From NCBI GenBank assembly GCA_963741945.1, contig CAVUKA010000001.1, positions 1,280,001 to 1,344,000 on the forward strand: 64,000 nt of DNA, in the 5' to 3' direction. Position 1 is the stretch's first letter. Each line of letters opens with the position of its first letter. Under the pieces are notes generated by a model. The model made no database searches and was not told the DNA's origin. It saw nothing but the letters and a program-made list of their open reading frames with translations. This document shows positions 47,816-56,438 of this stretch, one piece after another. This DNA comes from an uncultured Gemmatimonadales bacterium (GTDB lineage: Bacteria; Gemmatimonadota; Gemmatimonadetes; Longimicrobiales; RSA9). A program made the translations under genes and the position numbers.

Positions 47816-50413
47816 GTGAAGCGCCTTCTTGCCGCTTGCCTGCTCTTCCTTTCCGCCGCCCCTGCCGCCGCACAGCACGCGCTGGCCGAGGGCGGGCCCT
47901 ACGACCCCTCGATCCCGACGCCGGCGTCGGTGCTGGGCTACGAGCTCGGAACCCGGTTCACCCCGGACCACCTGATCGTCCGGTACCTCTCCGCGCTGGC
48001 GGATGCGAGCCCGCGCATGCGGCTGGACACCGTGGCCACCACGTGGGAGGGGCGCCCGGTGCTGCTGGCCACGGTTTCGAGCGAGGCGAACATGCGTCGC
48101 CTGGACGAGATCAACACGCTCGCGCACCGCCTGGCGGATCCGCGCGGGGCATCGGAGGCGGAGCTGCGCCGCGCGGTGTCGGCCACGCCCGCCATCGTCT
48201 GGCTCGGCTACACCGTGCATGGCGACGAGGGGTCGGGCGTGGAAGCGGCCATGGCCACGCTCTACCAGCTCACGGCCGGCCAGGACCCGGACACGCGCAT
48301 GGTCCTGGACAGCGTGCTGGTGCTCATCGACCCGGTGCAGAACCCGGACGGGCATGAGAGGCACGTGCAGCAGGTCATGTGGGACCTGGGGCACTTCGGT
48401 CCGGATCCGTACCCACGCGCCGTGGTCCATTTCCACGACTGGCACGGCGGCCGGTCGAACCACTACCTGTTCGACCTGAACCGGGACTGGATCGTGCACG
48501 ACCACCCGGAGACGCGCGGCCGGATGTCGGTGTTCCGGAAATGGTATCCCCACGTGGCGGCGGACCTCCACGAGATGGGATCGAGCTCCACGTACTTCTT
48601 CGCGCCGCCCATGGCGCCGGTGAATGCCAACGTCTCGGATCTGGTCCGCAAGGGATGGCAGCGGTTCTCGCGGGCGAACGCCGCGGCTTTCGCCGCGCAC
48701 GGCTGGGGCTTCTTCACCCGCGAGGGGTACGACGAGTTCTTCCCCGGGTACGGCCCGTCGTGGCCGCTCTACAGCGGGGCCATCGGGATGACGTACGAGC
48801 AGGGATCCAGCGAGGGCGGCGCCATCCGGCGCGATGACGGCTCGCTCCTCACGCTGATGGACGCCGCGAAGCACCACTACACCACCAGCCGCGCCACCCT
48901 GCTCACCGCCGCCCGCTACCGCACCGAGCGCGTGAGCGATTTCCTGGCCTTCCGCCAGGGGGCCATCCGCGACAACGCCCGCGGGCCCATGCGCACGCTC
49001 ATCTTCGCCCGGGACGCCGACGGCCGCGCCGACTCCATGGTGACGGTGCTGCGTCGCAACGACATCGAGGTGAAGCGGACCACCCGCCCGCTCGACCTCC
49101 GCGCCACCCGCTACGGCGAGCACGACGACGGGCGTGTCCGCCTCGGTGCGGGGGCATACGTGGTGGACCTCTCCCAGCCCCAGGGTACGCTGGCGAAAAC
49201 GCTCCTCGAGCCGGACCCGGCGTTCGATCCGGCGTTCATCAGGGAGGAGCTCGCCCGGCGTGAGGCCGGGATGAGCAACCGCTTCTACGACATGACCGGC
49301 TGGGCGCTGCCCTTCCTGTACCGCGTGGACGCGTGGTGGACGCCCGCAACCGTGGAGGCGGTCGAGGACGCGCCCGTCCAGGCCGCCAGCTCCCCGGCCG
49401 CCCCGGGCCGCGCGGGTTACGCCTACGCCATCGAGCCGGGGAGCGAGTCCGGGCTGCGCACGCTCGCCCGCCTCCTGGCGGACAGCGTCCGCGTCCGTTT
49501 CGCGCACCGCTCCTTCTCCGTTCCGGACGGGGAGTTCCCCCGTGGCGCGTTCGTGGTCGTGGTGAACCGGAATCCCGGCCGGGATGTCCACGAGATCGTC
49601 GCCCGCGCGGCCACGGCCACGGGCGCCCGTGTGGTTTCCGTGGACAACGCGCTGGTGGACTCGGGCACCGACCTCGGCAGCAACAGCGTGGTGTCGATCC
49701 CGATTCCCCATGTGGCCCTCGTCGCCGGTGATGCGGTGAGCTCCACCTCCTACGGCGCCTCGTGGTTCACCTTCGACCAGCTGCTCGACTTCCCCGTCAC
49801 CCGGATCGAGCTGCCGGACCTGCTGGGCGCGCTCGATGACTTCAACGTGGTGGTCGTGCCGTCCGCGTACGCCTTCGGCTCGGCCCTCGGCGACGACGGC
49901 AGCGAGGCGCTGCGCACGTGGGTCCGCAACGGCGGCACCCTGATCACGCTCGACGCCGCCACGGCCTGGCTCGTCTCCGATGATGGCTTGTCCCGCTTCA
50001 CCGAGCAGCGCGACACCACTCGCGCCGATGACAGCCCGGGCGCTCCGCTCTCCCTGTCCGTCCCCGGCGCCATCCTCCGCGCCGTGGCGGCCGACACGCT
50101 CTCGCCGCTCCTGGCCGGGATCGAGGACCACGAGATCCCCGTCCTGCTGTTCGGCAGCCGCGTCTACCAGGCCCCGGAGGATGTCCGCCCCGGTGAGGTG
50201 GTGCTCCGCTACGCCGACCAGGACCGGCTCCGTCTTGCCGGCTACCTCTGGCCTGAAGTGCCCGCCCGCGTGGCTGGCACGCCCTACCTCTTCACGGAGC
50301 GATTCGGCGCCGGACGCCTCATCGGGTTCACCGGCGACCCGAACTTCCGCGCCATGTGGCGCGGGCTCCTCCCGCTCTTCGCCAACGCCGTTTTCCTGGG
50401 CGGCGCGATGTAG
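47816..50413 (+). CDS. Secreted M14 zinc carboxypeptidase, copy 2
   Basis: GTG start with GGAGG; HGDE, NPDG, DLNRD, DLHEM. Confidence 0.9.
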   Translation: MKRLLAACLLFLSAAPAAAQHALAEGGPYDPSIPTPASVLGYELGTRFTPDHLIVRYLSALADASPRMRLDTVATTWEGRPVLLATVSSEANMRRLDEINTLAHRLADPRGASEAELRRAVSATPAIVWLGYTVHGDEGSGVEAAMATLYQLTAGQDPDTRMVLDSVLVLIDPVQNPDGHERHVQQVMWDLGHFGPDPYPRAVVHFHDWHGGRSNHYLFDLNRDWIVHDHPETRGRMSVFRKWYPHVAADLHEMGSSSTYFFAPPMAPVNANVSDLVRKGWQRFSRANAAAFAAHGWGFFTREGYDEFFPGYGPSWPLYSGAIGMTYEQGSSEGGAIRRDDGSLLTLMDAAKHHYTTSRATLLTAARYRTERVSDFLAFRQGAIRDNARGPMRTLIFARDADGRADSMVTVLRRNDIEVKRTTRPLDLRATRYGEHDDGRVRLGAGAYVVDLSQPQGTLAKTLLEPDPAFDPAFIREELARREAGMSNRFYDMTGWALPFLYRVDAWWTPATVEAVEDAPVQAASSPAAPGRAGYAYAIEPGSESGLRTLARLLADSVRVRFAHRSFSVPDGEFPRGAFVVVVNRNPGRDVHEIVARAATATGARVVSVDNALVDSGTDLGSNSVVSIPIPHVALVAGDAVSSTSYGASWFTFDQLLDFPVTRIELPDLLGALDDFNVVVVPSAYAFGSALGDDGSEALRTWVRNGGTLITLDAATAWLVSDDGLSRFTEQRDTTRADDSPGAPLSLSVPGAILRAVAADTLSPLLAGIEDHEIPVLLFGSRVYQAPEDVRPGEVVLRYADQDRLRLAGYLWPEVPARVAGTPYLFTERFGAGRLIGFTGDPNFRAMWRGLLPLFANAVFLGGAM

Positions 50414-50535
50414 CGACGGACCGGGCCCCGGCGGCAGTCTTCCCATGACTTCCGCCGGGGGCTATCCTCCTTCAACGATCCCCCGGAAGCCGCCATTGGC
50501 GCCACCCGTCTGCCCGCGTGAATAGAGGAACACCC

Positions 50536-53361
50536 ATGCGCAGTGTCGTTCCTGGCGTGACTCTGCTCCTCGCCCTCGCCCTTCTGCCCGCGTGCGATGC
50601 CACGGGCCCCCGGGCGGGCCCGCCCGCGTCCATCCGCAAGAGCCCCCTGCCCACGGACCTGGTGGTGGGAGATGTGGTGGACTCCGTGGCGATCACGGTG
50701 GTGGACAAGGACCGGCATCCGGTGGAAGGCGCGGCCGTCGCGTGGACCACCACCGATGGCGCCCTGCGCAGCACCAGCGGGACCACGGACGCCGATGGCG
50801 TGGCTTCCACGTCATGGACGCTCGCCACCACCTCCGGACAGCAGCGGCTCACGGCCACGGTCGGGACGCTCGAGGCCGTCTTCCAGCCGTACGTCAGCCC
50901 CGGCCCGCTGGCCGCGCTCGTGCTGGACGTCGGCGACACCACACTCACTGCGCTTGGCGACACCCTCCGGCTCCACGCGGACGGCCGCGACCGGTACGAC
51001 AACCATACGGCCACGGCTGCGCTGACGTGGATGTCCACGGATCCGGGCGTGGTCAGCGTGAGCGCGGGGACGGTGGTCGCCAGGGGCGAAGGCGACGCCC
51101 GCATCGTCGTCGCCAGCGGAGCGTCCGCGGACACGGCCCGGCTGACTGTGCGCCAGGTGGTCACCACCCTCACCATCGATCCTGCCGCCCCCGCCCTGCT
51201 GCCGACCGAGTCCGTCCGCATGACGGCCGTCCCCGCAGACGCGCGCGGCAACCCCGTGGACACCACCATGCAGGTCACCTGGAGCACCTCCGACGAGAGC
51301 GTCGCCACCGTGGACGGTGACGGGATGCTGCACGGCGTCGCCGCGGGGGACGCCACGGTGACGGCTGCGGCCGGGCCGTTCACGGTCGGCGCGACCGTCC
51401 GCGTTCGCACGGGGCCGCGTCCCACGATCTCCGACATATCGCCGGCCGTGCTGGGCGCCCACGATACGGCCACGATCACCGGCACGGGCTTCGCCGCCGA
51501 CCCGGCGCTGAACCGGGTCTCGGTGGGGGAGATCCCGGGCACCGTGCTCGATGCCGCACCCACCCGCATCACCGTCCTCATGCCGGGGGCCGGGGCGTTC
51601 CCCTGCGGCCCTCGTACGGATATGGACGTGATGGTCTCGGTGGACGACCTCACGGCCACGCGCGCGCACCCCGTGGCGGGCGCGGACCACCACGCCCTGG
51701 CCGTCGGCGAGTCGATGGTCTTCCAGGGCGCGGCGGCCGGCTGCAACGAGCTCACGGAGTCCGGTGAGTACGTGGTCACGGTGTTCAACGGCGCGCCGTC
51801 GCTCAGTGTGCTCACCGGGTTCCGGCTGCGGGGGACTGCCAATGCCGCCCCGGGCTCACTGCGCACGGGCGAGCCGACGCTCCGGCAGTTCCTGAGCTTC
51901 GAGCCGGCCGCCGCACGGCTCCCCGAGAACCCCGACGCGCTCGGGCATCTGCGGATGCTGGATGCGAACGAGGGGGTGCTCCGGAGACTCGGGCCGCCCC
52001 GCCGCACGCCCCTGGCCCCGAACGTGACCGGCGCCGGCGCAACCGCTTCGGCCACGACTCCGCCCCGGGCGGGAGACGTCCGCACGTTCCGCATCCCGAA
52101 CATCGATGGCAACGAGCTGTGCAGTGATTACTCCACGATCACGGCCCGCGTGGCCTACGCGGGCACGCGCGGCATCATCTGGGAGGACACGGCCGCGCCG
52201 CTGGCAGGGAGGATGGACACGGCATGGGCGCGCCTCGGCCAGGAGTTCGACGACGTGATGTACCCGGTCCTCCTCCAGTACTTCGGCGACCCGCTCATCT
52301 ACGACCCGCAGCTGGATGACAACGGCCGCTTCTTCATGCTCTTCTCCAGGAAGGTGAACGACTTCACCACGGGCGTGGAGGGGTTCGTCTTCTCCGGTGA
52401 CTTCTTCCCCCGCGTGCAGTGCCAGTCCAGCGACGCCGCGGAGATGTTCTACGGGCGCGTGCCCACGGACACCGCCGCGGGCTACACCGGCAACACCATC
52501 CTCTCGTGGCGCTGGGGCATGCGCTCCACGGTCATCCACGAAGTGAAGCACATCACGTCGTACTCCCACAAGCTGGCCGCCGCCGGGAGCGGGGCCGTCA
52601 ACTGGGAGGAGCAGTGGCTCGAGGAGTCCACGGCAAGGCTGGCCGAGGAGTATTACGCCCGCGCGCTCTTCGGCTTCACGCAGACTTCCAACGTCACGTA
52701 CCAGCAGAGCATATACTGCGAGCGCCGTGTCGGCCCGAACTGGCCGGAGTGTGATCCCTTCCCGCTCATCATGGGGAACCACTTCGGAGGTCTGAACACT
52801 TACTACCACAACATCGAAGCGCGCTCACCGCTCGGCCGCACCGGTGAAGGGGACTGGTCCTTCTACGGCAGCGGGTGGCTTTTCGTGCAATGGGCCATCG
52901 ACCAGTCGGGAATGGACGAAGCCGCCTTCATCAAGGCCATGGTGGACGAGCCGCGGGCTACCGGCGTGGACAACATCGCGGTCCGGACCGGCCGCAGCTT
53001 CCGCGATCTCCTCGCCGATTTCAGCCTGGCCATGGCCGTGGATGACCACCCATCGGGCTTCGCGCCACTCCGCCACCAGCTCACGATCCCCGGCTGGAAC
53101 ACGCGCAACATGTTCAGCGGCCTCCACGACGATTACGCAGGTACCGGCCTGGCCAGCACGTATGACCTCGCCTGGCCCCTCGCCACTCACGCCGTCTCTT
53201 TCGGCGACTTCACCATCGACGTCAGTGGCGTGCGCGGCGGGAGCACGGCCGTCTTCAGCCTCTCCGGGGCTTTCCCGGGCGGGCAGCTCATCGAGCTCCT
53301 CTCGCCCGCGGGCGGAGAGACACCGTCCAACCTCGGCCTGGCCGTCGTGAGGGTGCAATGA
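50536..53361 (+). CDS. Lipoprotein with Ig-like and IPT/TIG domains and HExxH metallopeptidase domain
   Basis: Lipobox LPAC; VTWSTSDESVATVD; TITGTGF; IHEVKH..WLEES. Confidence 0.82.
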   Translation: MRSVVPGVTLLLALALLPACDATGPRAGPPASIRKSPLPTDLVVGDVVDSVAITVVDKDRHPVEGAAVAWTTTDGALRSTSGTTDADGVASTSWTLATTSGQQRLTATVGTLEAVFQPYVSPGPLAALVLDVGDTTLTALGDTLRLHADGRDRYDNHTATAALTWMSTDPGVVSVSAGTVVARGEGDARIVVASGASADTARLTVRQVVTTLTIDPAAPALLPTESVRMTAVPADARGNPVDTTMQVTWSTSDESVATVDGDGMLHGVAAGDATVTAAAGPFTVGATVRVRTGPRPTISDISPAVLGAHDTATITGTGFAADPALNRVSVGEIPGTVLDAAPTRITVLMPGAGAFPCGPRTDMDVMVSVDDLTATRAHPVAGADHHALAVGESMVFQGAAAGCNELTESGEYVVTVFNGAPSLSVLTGFRLRGTANAAPGSLRTGEPTLRQFLSFEPAAARLPENPDALGHLRMLDANEGVLRRLGPPRRTPLAPNVTGAGATASATTPPRAGDVRTFRIPNIDGNELCSDYSTITARVAYAGTRGIIWEDTAAPLAGRMDTAWARLGQEFDDVMYPVLLQYFGDPLIYDPQLDDNGRFFMLFSRKVNDFTTGVEGFVFSGDFFPRVQCQSSDAAEMFYGRVPTDTAAGYTGNTILSWRWGMRSTVIHEVKHITSYSHKLAAAGSGAVNWEEQWLEESTARLAEEYYARALFGFTQTSNVTYQQSIYCERRVGPNWPECDPFPLIMGNHFGGLNTYYHNIEARSPLGRTGEGDWSFYGSGWLFVQWAIDQSGMDEAAFIKAMVDEPRATGVDNIAVRTGRSFRDLLADFSLAMAVDDHPSGFAPLRHQLTIPGWNTRNMFSGLHDDYAGTGLASTYDLAWPLATHAVSFGDFTIDVSGVRGGSTAVFSLSGAFPGGQLIELLSPAGGETPSNLGLAVVRVQ

Positions 53362-53915
53362 CACCGGTTCGATCCGATACCGCGCCCCCGACTGCCGCGC
53401 GCGGCCGCGCACGGTCCCGCTCCCGCGCGGCCCTGCTCCCGCTCCTCCTCGTGCTCCCGGCCGTGCTCTCCGCGTGCGGCGGCAGCGCCCCGGCCGCCGC
53501 GCACGTGACGCCCGTCCCGACCGACACCCTTGTCGGGGAAATCCTGGTCACCGGAGCGGATCCCACCGCGAGTGTGGAGCTCAGGACAGCCGACGAGCGG
53601 GTCCGGCTCGTGGGTCCCGTCGCCGACACCCTTCGCTCTCTCTCCCGTGTCGAAGTGGCCGTCACCGGCGAGCGCGTGCAGCGCGGGCTCCGGGTCCGGT
53701 CCTTCCGCGTGGTCGGCGTCGCCGGCGTTTCGGCCATGGACGGCGTGCTCGAGCTCGATCGCGGCGACGCCGTCCTCCTGGTCCCCACTGGTGAGCGCGT
53801 GCGATACGGCCCCGCTCCGCCCGGGCTGCGGCCCCTCGTCGGACGCCGCGTCTGGATCGCCGGGCCCGCGGGCGTGGCCCCGTCCTCCTGGGGCGTCATC
53901 GAGCCGACCTCCTGA
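53358..53915 (+). CDS. Hypothetical lipoprotein
   Basis: ATGA overlap; lipobox LSAC. Confidence 0.7.
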   Translation: MTPVRSDTAPPTAARGRARSRSRAALLPLLLVLPAVLSACGGSAPAAAHVTPVPTDTLVGEILVTGADPTASVELRTADERVRLVGPVADTLRSLSRVEVAVTGERVQRGLRVRSFRVVGVAGVSAMDGVLELDRGDAVLLVPTGERVRYGPAPPGLRPLVGRRVWIAGPAGVAPSSWGVIEPTS

Positions 53916-54014
53916 GGGGGTGGACGCATCTCGTAATCCGGCGCTATCCTTCCCTCCTCTCCCCGTGCGCGCTCTCAATGCGCGGTACACTTCCATCAGG
54001 AGCCCGGAAAACCC

Positions 54015-55082
54015 ATGGTGCGACGACGCCTTCCGATGCTCGCCGTGGCCGCCGCTGCGACCGCCGCCGCGTGCGATGTCCCCACCGACGCTCCGCTCAT
54101 CGAGCAGGAATGGCAGGTGACCCTGGACTCGATCCGCCTGGGCATCGACGATTTCCTCCCGGCCGGAATCGCGTTCAACCAGGACAGCACCCGTTTCCTC
54201 GCCGACTACCCGGGCACCGTGGCATCCGCCTCCCTCGCCCAGATGTGCGGCGCGCCATGCGCCGGGTTCACCGGCGGGACCGTGCCCGTGAAGCCGGCGT
54301 TCCGGGACACGCTCGACGCCGATTTCGCGCTGGCCACCGACCTGGTGTCCGCCCGGGTGGCGGGCGGAGCGGTATCGGTGGAGCTGACCCACACCCTGGA
54401 GTTCGATCCACTCTCGCCGGACGGCGCCACCGCGACCGGCTACATCGTGGTGCGCGCCACCAGCCGCGGTGCCGTGGTGGCCGAGGACAGCCTGGATGGT
54501 GCGGACGTCCGCTTCACGTCGGCGGACACGCTCCGCCCCATGCTTGACCTGCGGGACGTCGCCATCGGGGGACAGGTCCACGTCGAGGTCCTGATCTACT
54601 CTCCCGCGGGTGGCCCGACCCGGGTCGGAGCCGATGACGGGCTCCAGGCCAGGGTGGAGCCCGGCACCGTCCCGTTCTCCAGCGCCACCGTCGCCATGGG
54701 CAGCCGGAGCTTCGGACCATACACGGAGCGCACCGAGCTGGACGTCGACTCCACAGTGGTGGATCACGTCGAATCCGGGGCGCTGCTCCTGGACGTGGAC
54801 AACCCGCTTGTGGTGACCGGCACGATGGACGTCGAATTCCGCCTGCCCACGCGCACGATCCGAAAGTCCGTGCCGCTCCAGGAGGGGAGCTATCGGGCCC
54901 GGGTGGAGTTCACCACGACCGAGTTGAGGAGCCTGCTGGCGAGCCCCGGCATGGACGTGGTGGCCAGCGGCACGGCCACCAGCGCCACCGGCACCGTGAC
55001 GCTCGAGCCGGGCGACCGGCTCCGCGTTGCCATCCAGCTGGAGGCGATCCTGCTCCTCGGTGACCACACGGAGGCGAACTGA
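54015..55082 (+). CDS. Hypothetical beta-rich lipoprotein
   Basis: Lipobox AAAC; coupled to the barrel gene. Confidence 0.72.
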   Translation: MVRRRLPMLAVAAAATAAACDVPTDAPLIEQEWQVTLDSIRLGIDDFLPAGIAFNQDSTRFLADYPGTVASASLAQMCGAPCAGFTGGTVPVKPAFRDTLDADFALATDLVSARVAGGAVSVELTHTLEFDPLSPDGATATGYIVVRATSRGAVVAEDSLDGADVRFTSADTLRPMLDLRDVAIGGQVHVEVLIYSPAGGPTRVGADDGLQARVEPGTVPFSSATVAMGSRSFGPYTERTELDVDSTVVDHVESGALLLDVDNPLVVTGTMDVEFRLPTRTIRKSVPLQEGSYRARVEFTTTELRSLLASPGMDVVASGTATSATGTVTLEPGDRLRVAIQLEAILLLGDHTEAN

Positions 55083-56410
55083 TGCGCACGCCCCATGCAC
55101 TCGCCACCACGATCCTGACCGCCGCCCTGGCCCTCGGGCTGCCGGCCGGCACCCGGGCACAGGTCGCCAACCCGACGCCGCGCGCACTCGGTCTCGGCGG
55201 CAACTACACGGCCCTCGCCCGCGGCTTCGCGGCCGTGGCATGGAACCCGGCCGGGCTCGGCATGCCCGACAACCCCTCGTTCTCCATCACCGTGTTCCCC
55301 GTTTCCGGCGCCATGGGGCTCGGACCCATCGGCCTCCGCGACGTGGCGGACTACGAGAGTCAGCTCATCCCCCGCGACGTGAAGCTCGCCTGGCTGGACG
55401 TCATCCGCGCCAGCGGCGGCGAGCATGGCACCGTGGCCGGCGATGCGACTCTCGTCGCGTTCAGCGCCGGGCGCCTCGCCGTGTCCGCGTCCAGCACTCT
55501 GCGCGGTCGCGTCAACGTGGCATCCGACGTGGCCGAGCTGTTCCTCTTCGGCAACGCCGGCCTCACCGGTGAGCCCGGCCAGTACACGCTCGCGGGCTCC
55601 GGCTTCGACATGGCGGGCACCAGCACGCTCGCCGTCAGCTTCGGCGCGCCGCTCCACCTCACGCTCGGCCGCCTCCCGGACCAGCACTTCGCCCTGGGGG
55701 CCACGCTGAAGTACACGGTTGGCAACTTCTTCATCTCGGGGCAGGAGAGCGGCAGCAGCATCACGAGCAGCCCCGTGGACGTGACCATCCACTTCCCCGT
55801 GGTCAGCACCCCGCTCTCCGACAGCGCCCGGCACGCGGGGGCCAGCGCATTGTGGAACAACGGCAGCGGCGTGGGCCTGGACCTCGGAGCGGCCTGGCGG
55901 GGCGGCATCTTCTCGGCGGGCGTGGCCATCGAGAACGTGTTCAACACGTTCGACTGGGACCGCTCCGAGCTCGAGTTCCGGGAGGGCGCGGCGGTCTGGA
56001 CCGCCGATACTTCGTACACGAGCTTCGACGTCGTGGCCAACGCCGGCGTCCTGCCCGCCGACCTCGCCGACCGCCTCGACCGGCTCTACACCTTCTCGCC
56101 CGTGCTCGCCGCTGGCGCCGCCGCACGCGTGCTGCCATACCTCACCGTCACGGGGGACGTGCGACACGCATTCGACGATGACCTGCAGGTGGCCGCCCGC
56201 AGTCACGCGGGTGTCGGGGCCGAGCTCACCCTCCTGCCCTTCCTCCCGCTGCGCGCGGGGTTCGCCGCGCTGTCGGGCGGCTACCAGCTGGCGGGCGGGC
56301 TGGGGCTCCGCCTGGGGACGTTCGAGATCAGCGCCGCGGCCGCCGCGCGGCAGAACGACCTGGGCGACGCGACTGCGGCCTCGTTCGGTTTCTCCGTGGG
56401 GCTGCCTTAG
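55082..56410 (+). CDS. Outer-membrane beta-barrel (FadL/TraF/DUF5723-like)
   Basis: RALGLGG..WNPAGL N-terminal motif, GVGLDLG, LPLRAG, amphipathic terminal strand. Confidence 0.75.
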   Translation: MRTPHALATTILTAALALGLPAGTRAQVANPTPRALGLGGNYTALARGFAAVAWNPAGLGMPDNPSFSITVFPVSGAMGLGPIGLRDVADYESQLIPRDVKLAWLDVIRASGGEHGTVAGDATLVAFSAGRLAVSASSTLRGRVNVASDVAELFLFGNAGLTGEPGQYTLAGSGFDMAGTSTLAVSFGAPLHLTLGRLPDQHFALGATLKYTVGNFFISGQESGSSITSSPVDVTIHFPVVSTPLSDSARHAGASALWNNGSGVGLDLGAAWRGGIFSAGVAIENVFNTFDWDRSELEFREGAAVWTADTSYTSFDVVANAGVLPADLADRLDRLYTFSPVLAAGAAARVLPYLTVTGDVRHAFDDDLQVAARSHAGVGAELTLLPFLPLRAGFAALSGGYQLAGGLGLRLGTFEISAAAAARQNDLGDATAASFGFSVGLP

Positions 56411-56438
56411 CGTCGCGCGCCCTTCGCTCGCCGGCTTT

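Noticed and set aside
14053-50446. Many long antisense or alternate-frame ORFs (e.g. 14053-16410, 32865-36140, 47762-50446)
   Set aside because: Shadow ORFs of high-GC genes; Arg/Pro-rich with no motifs
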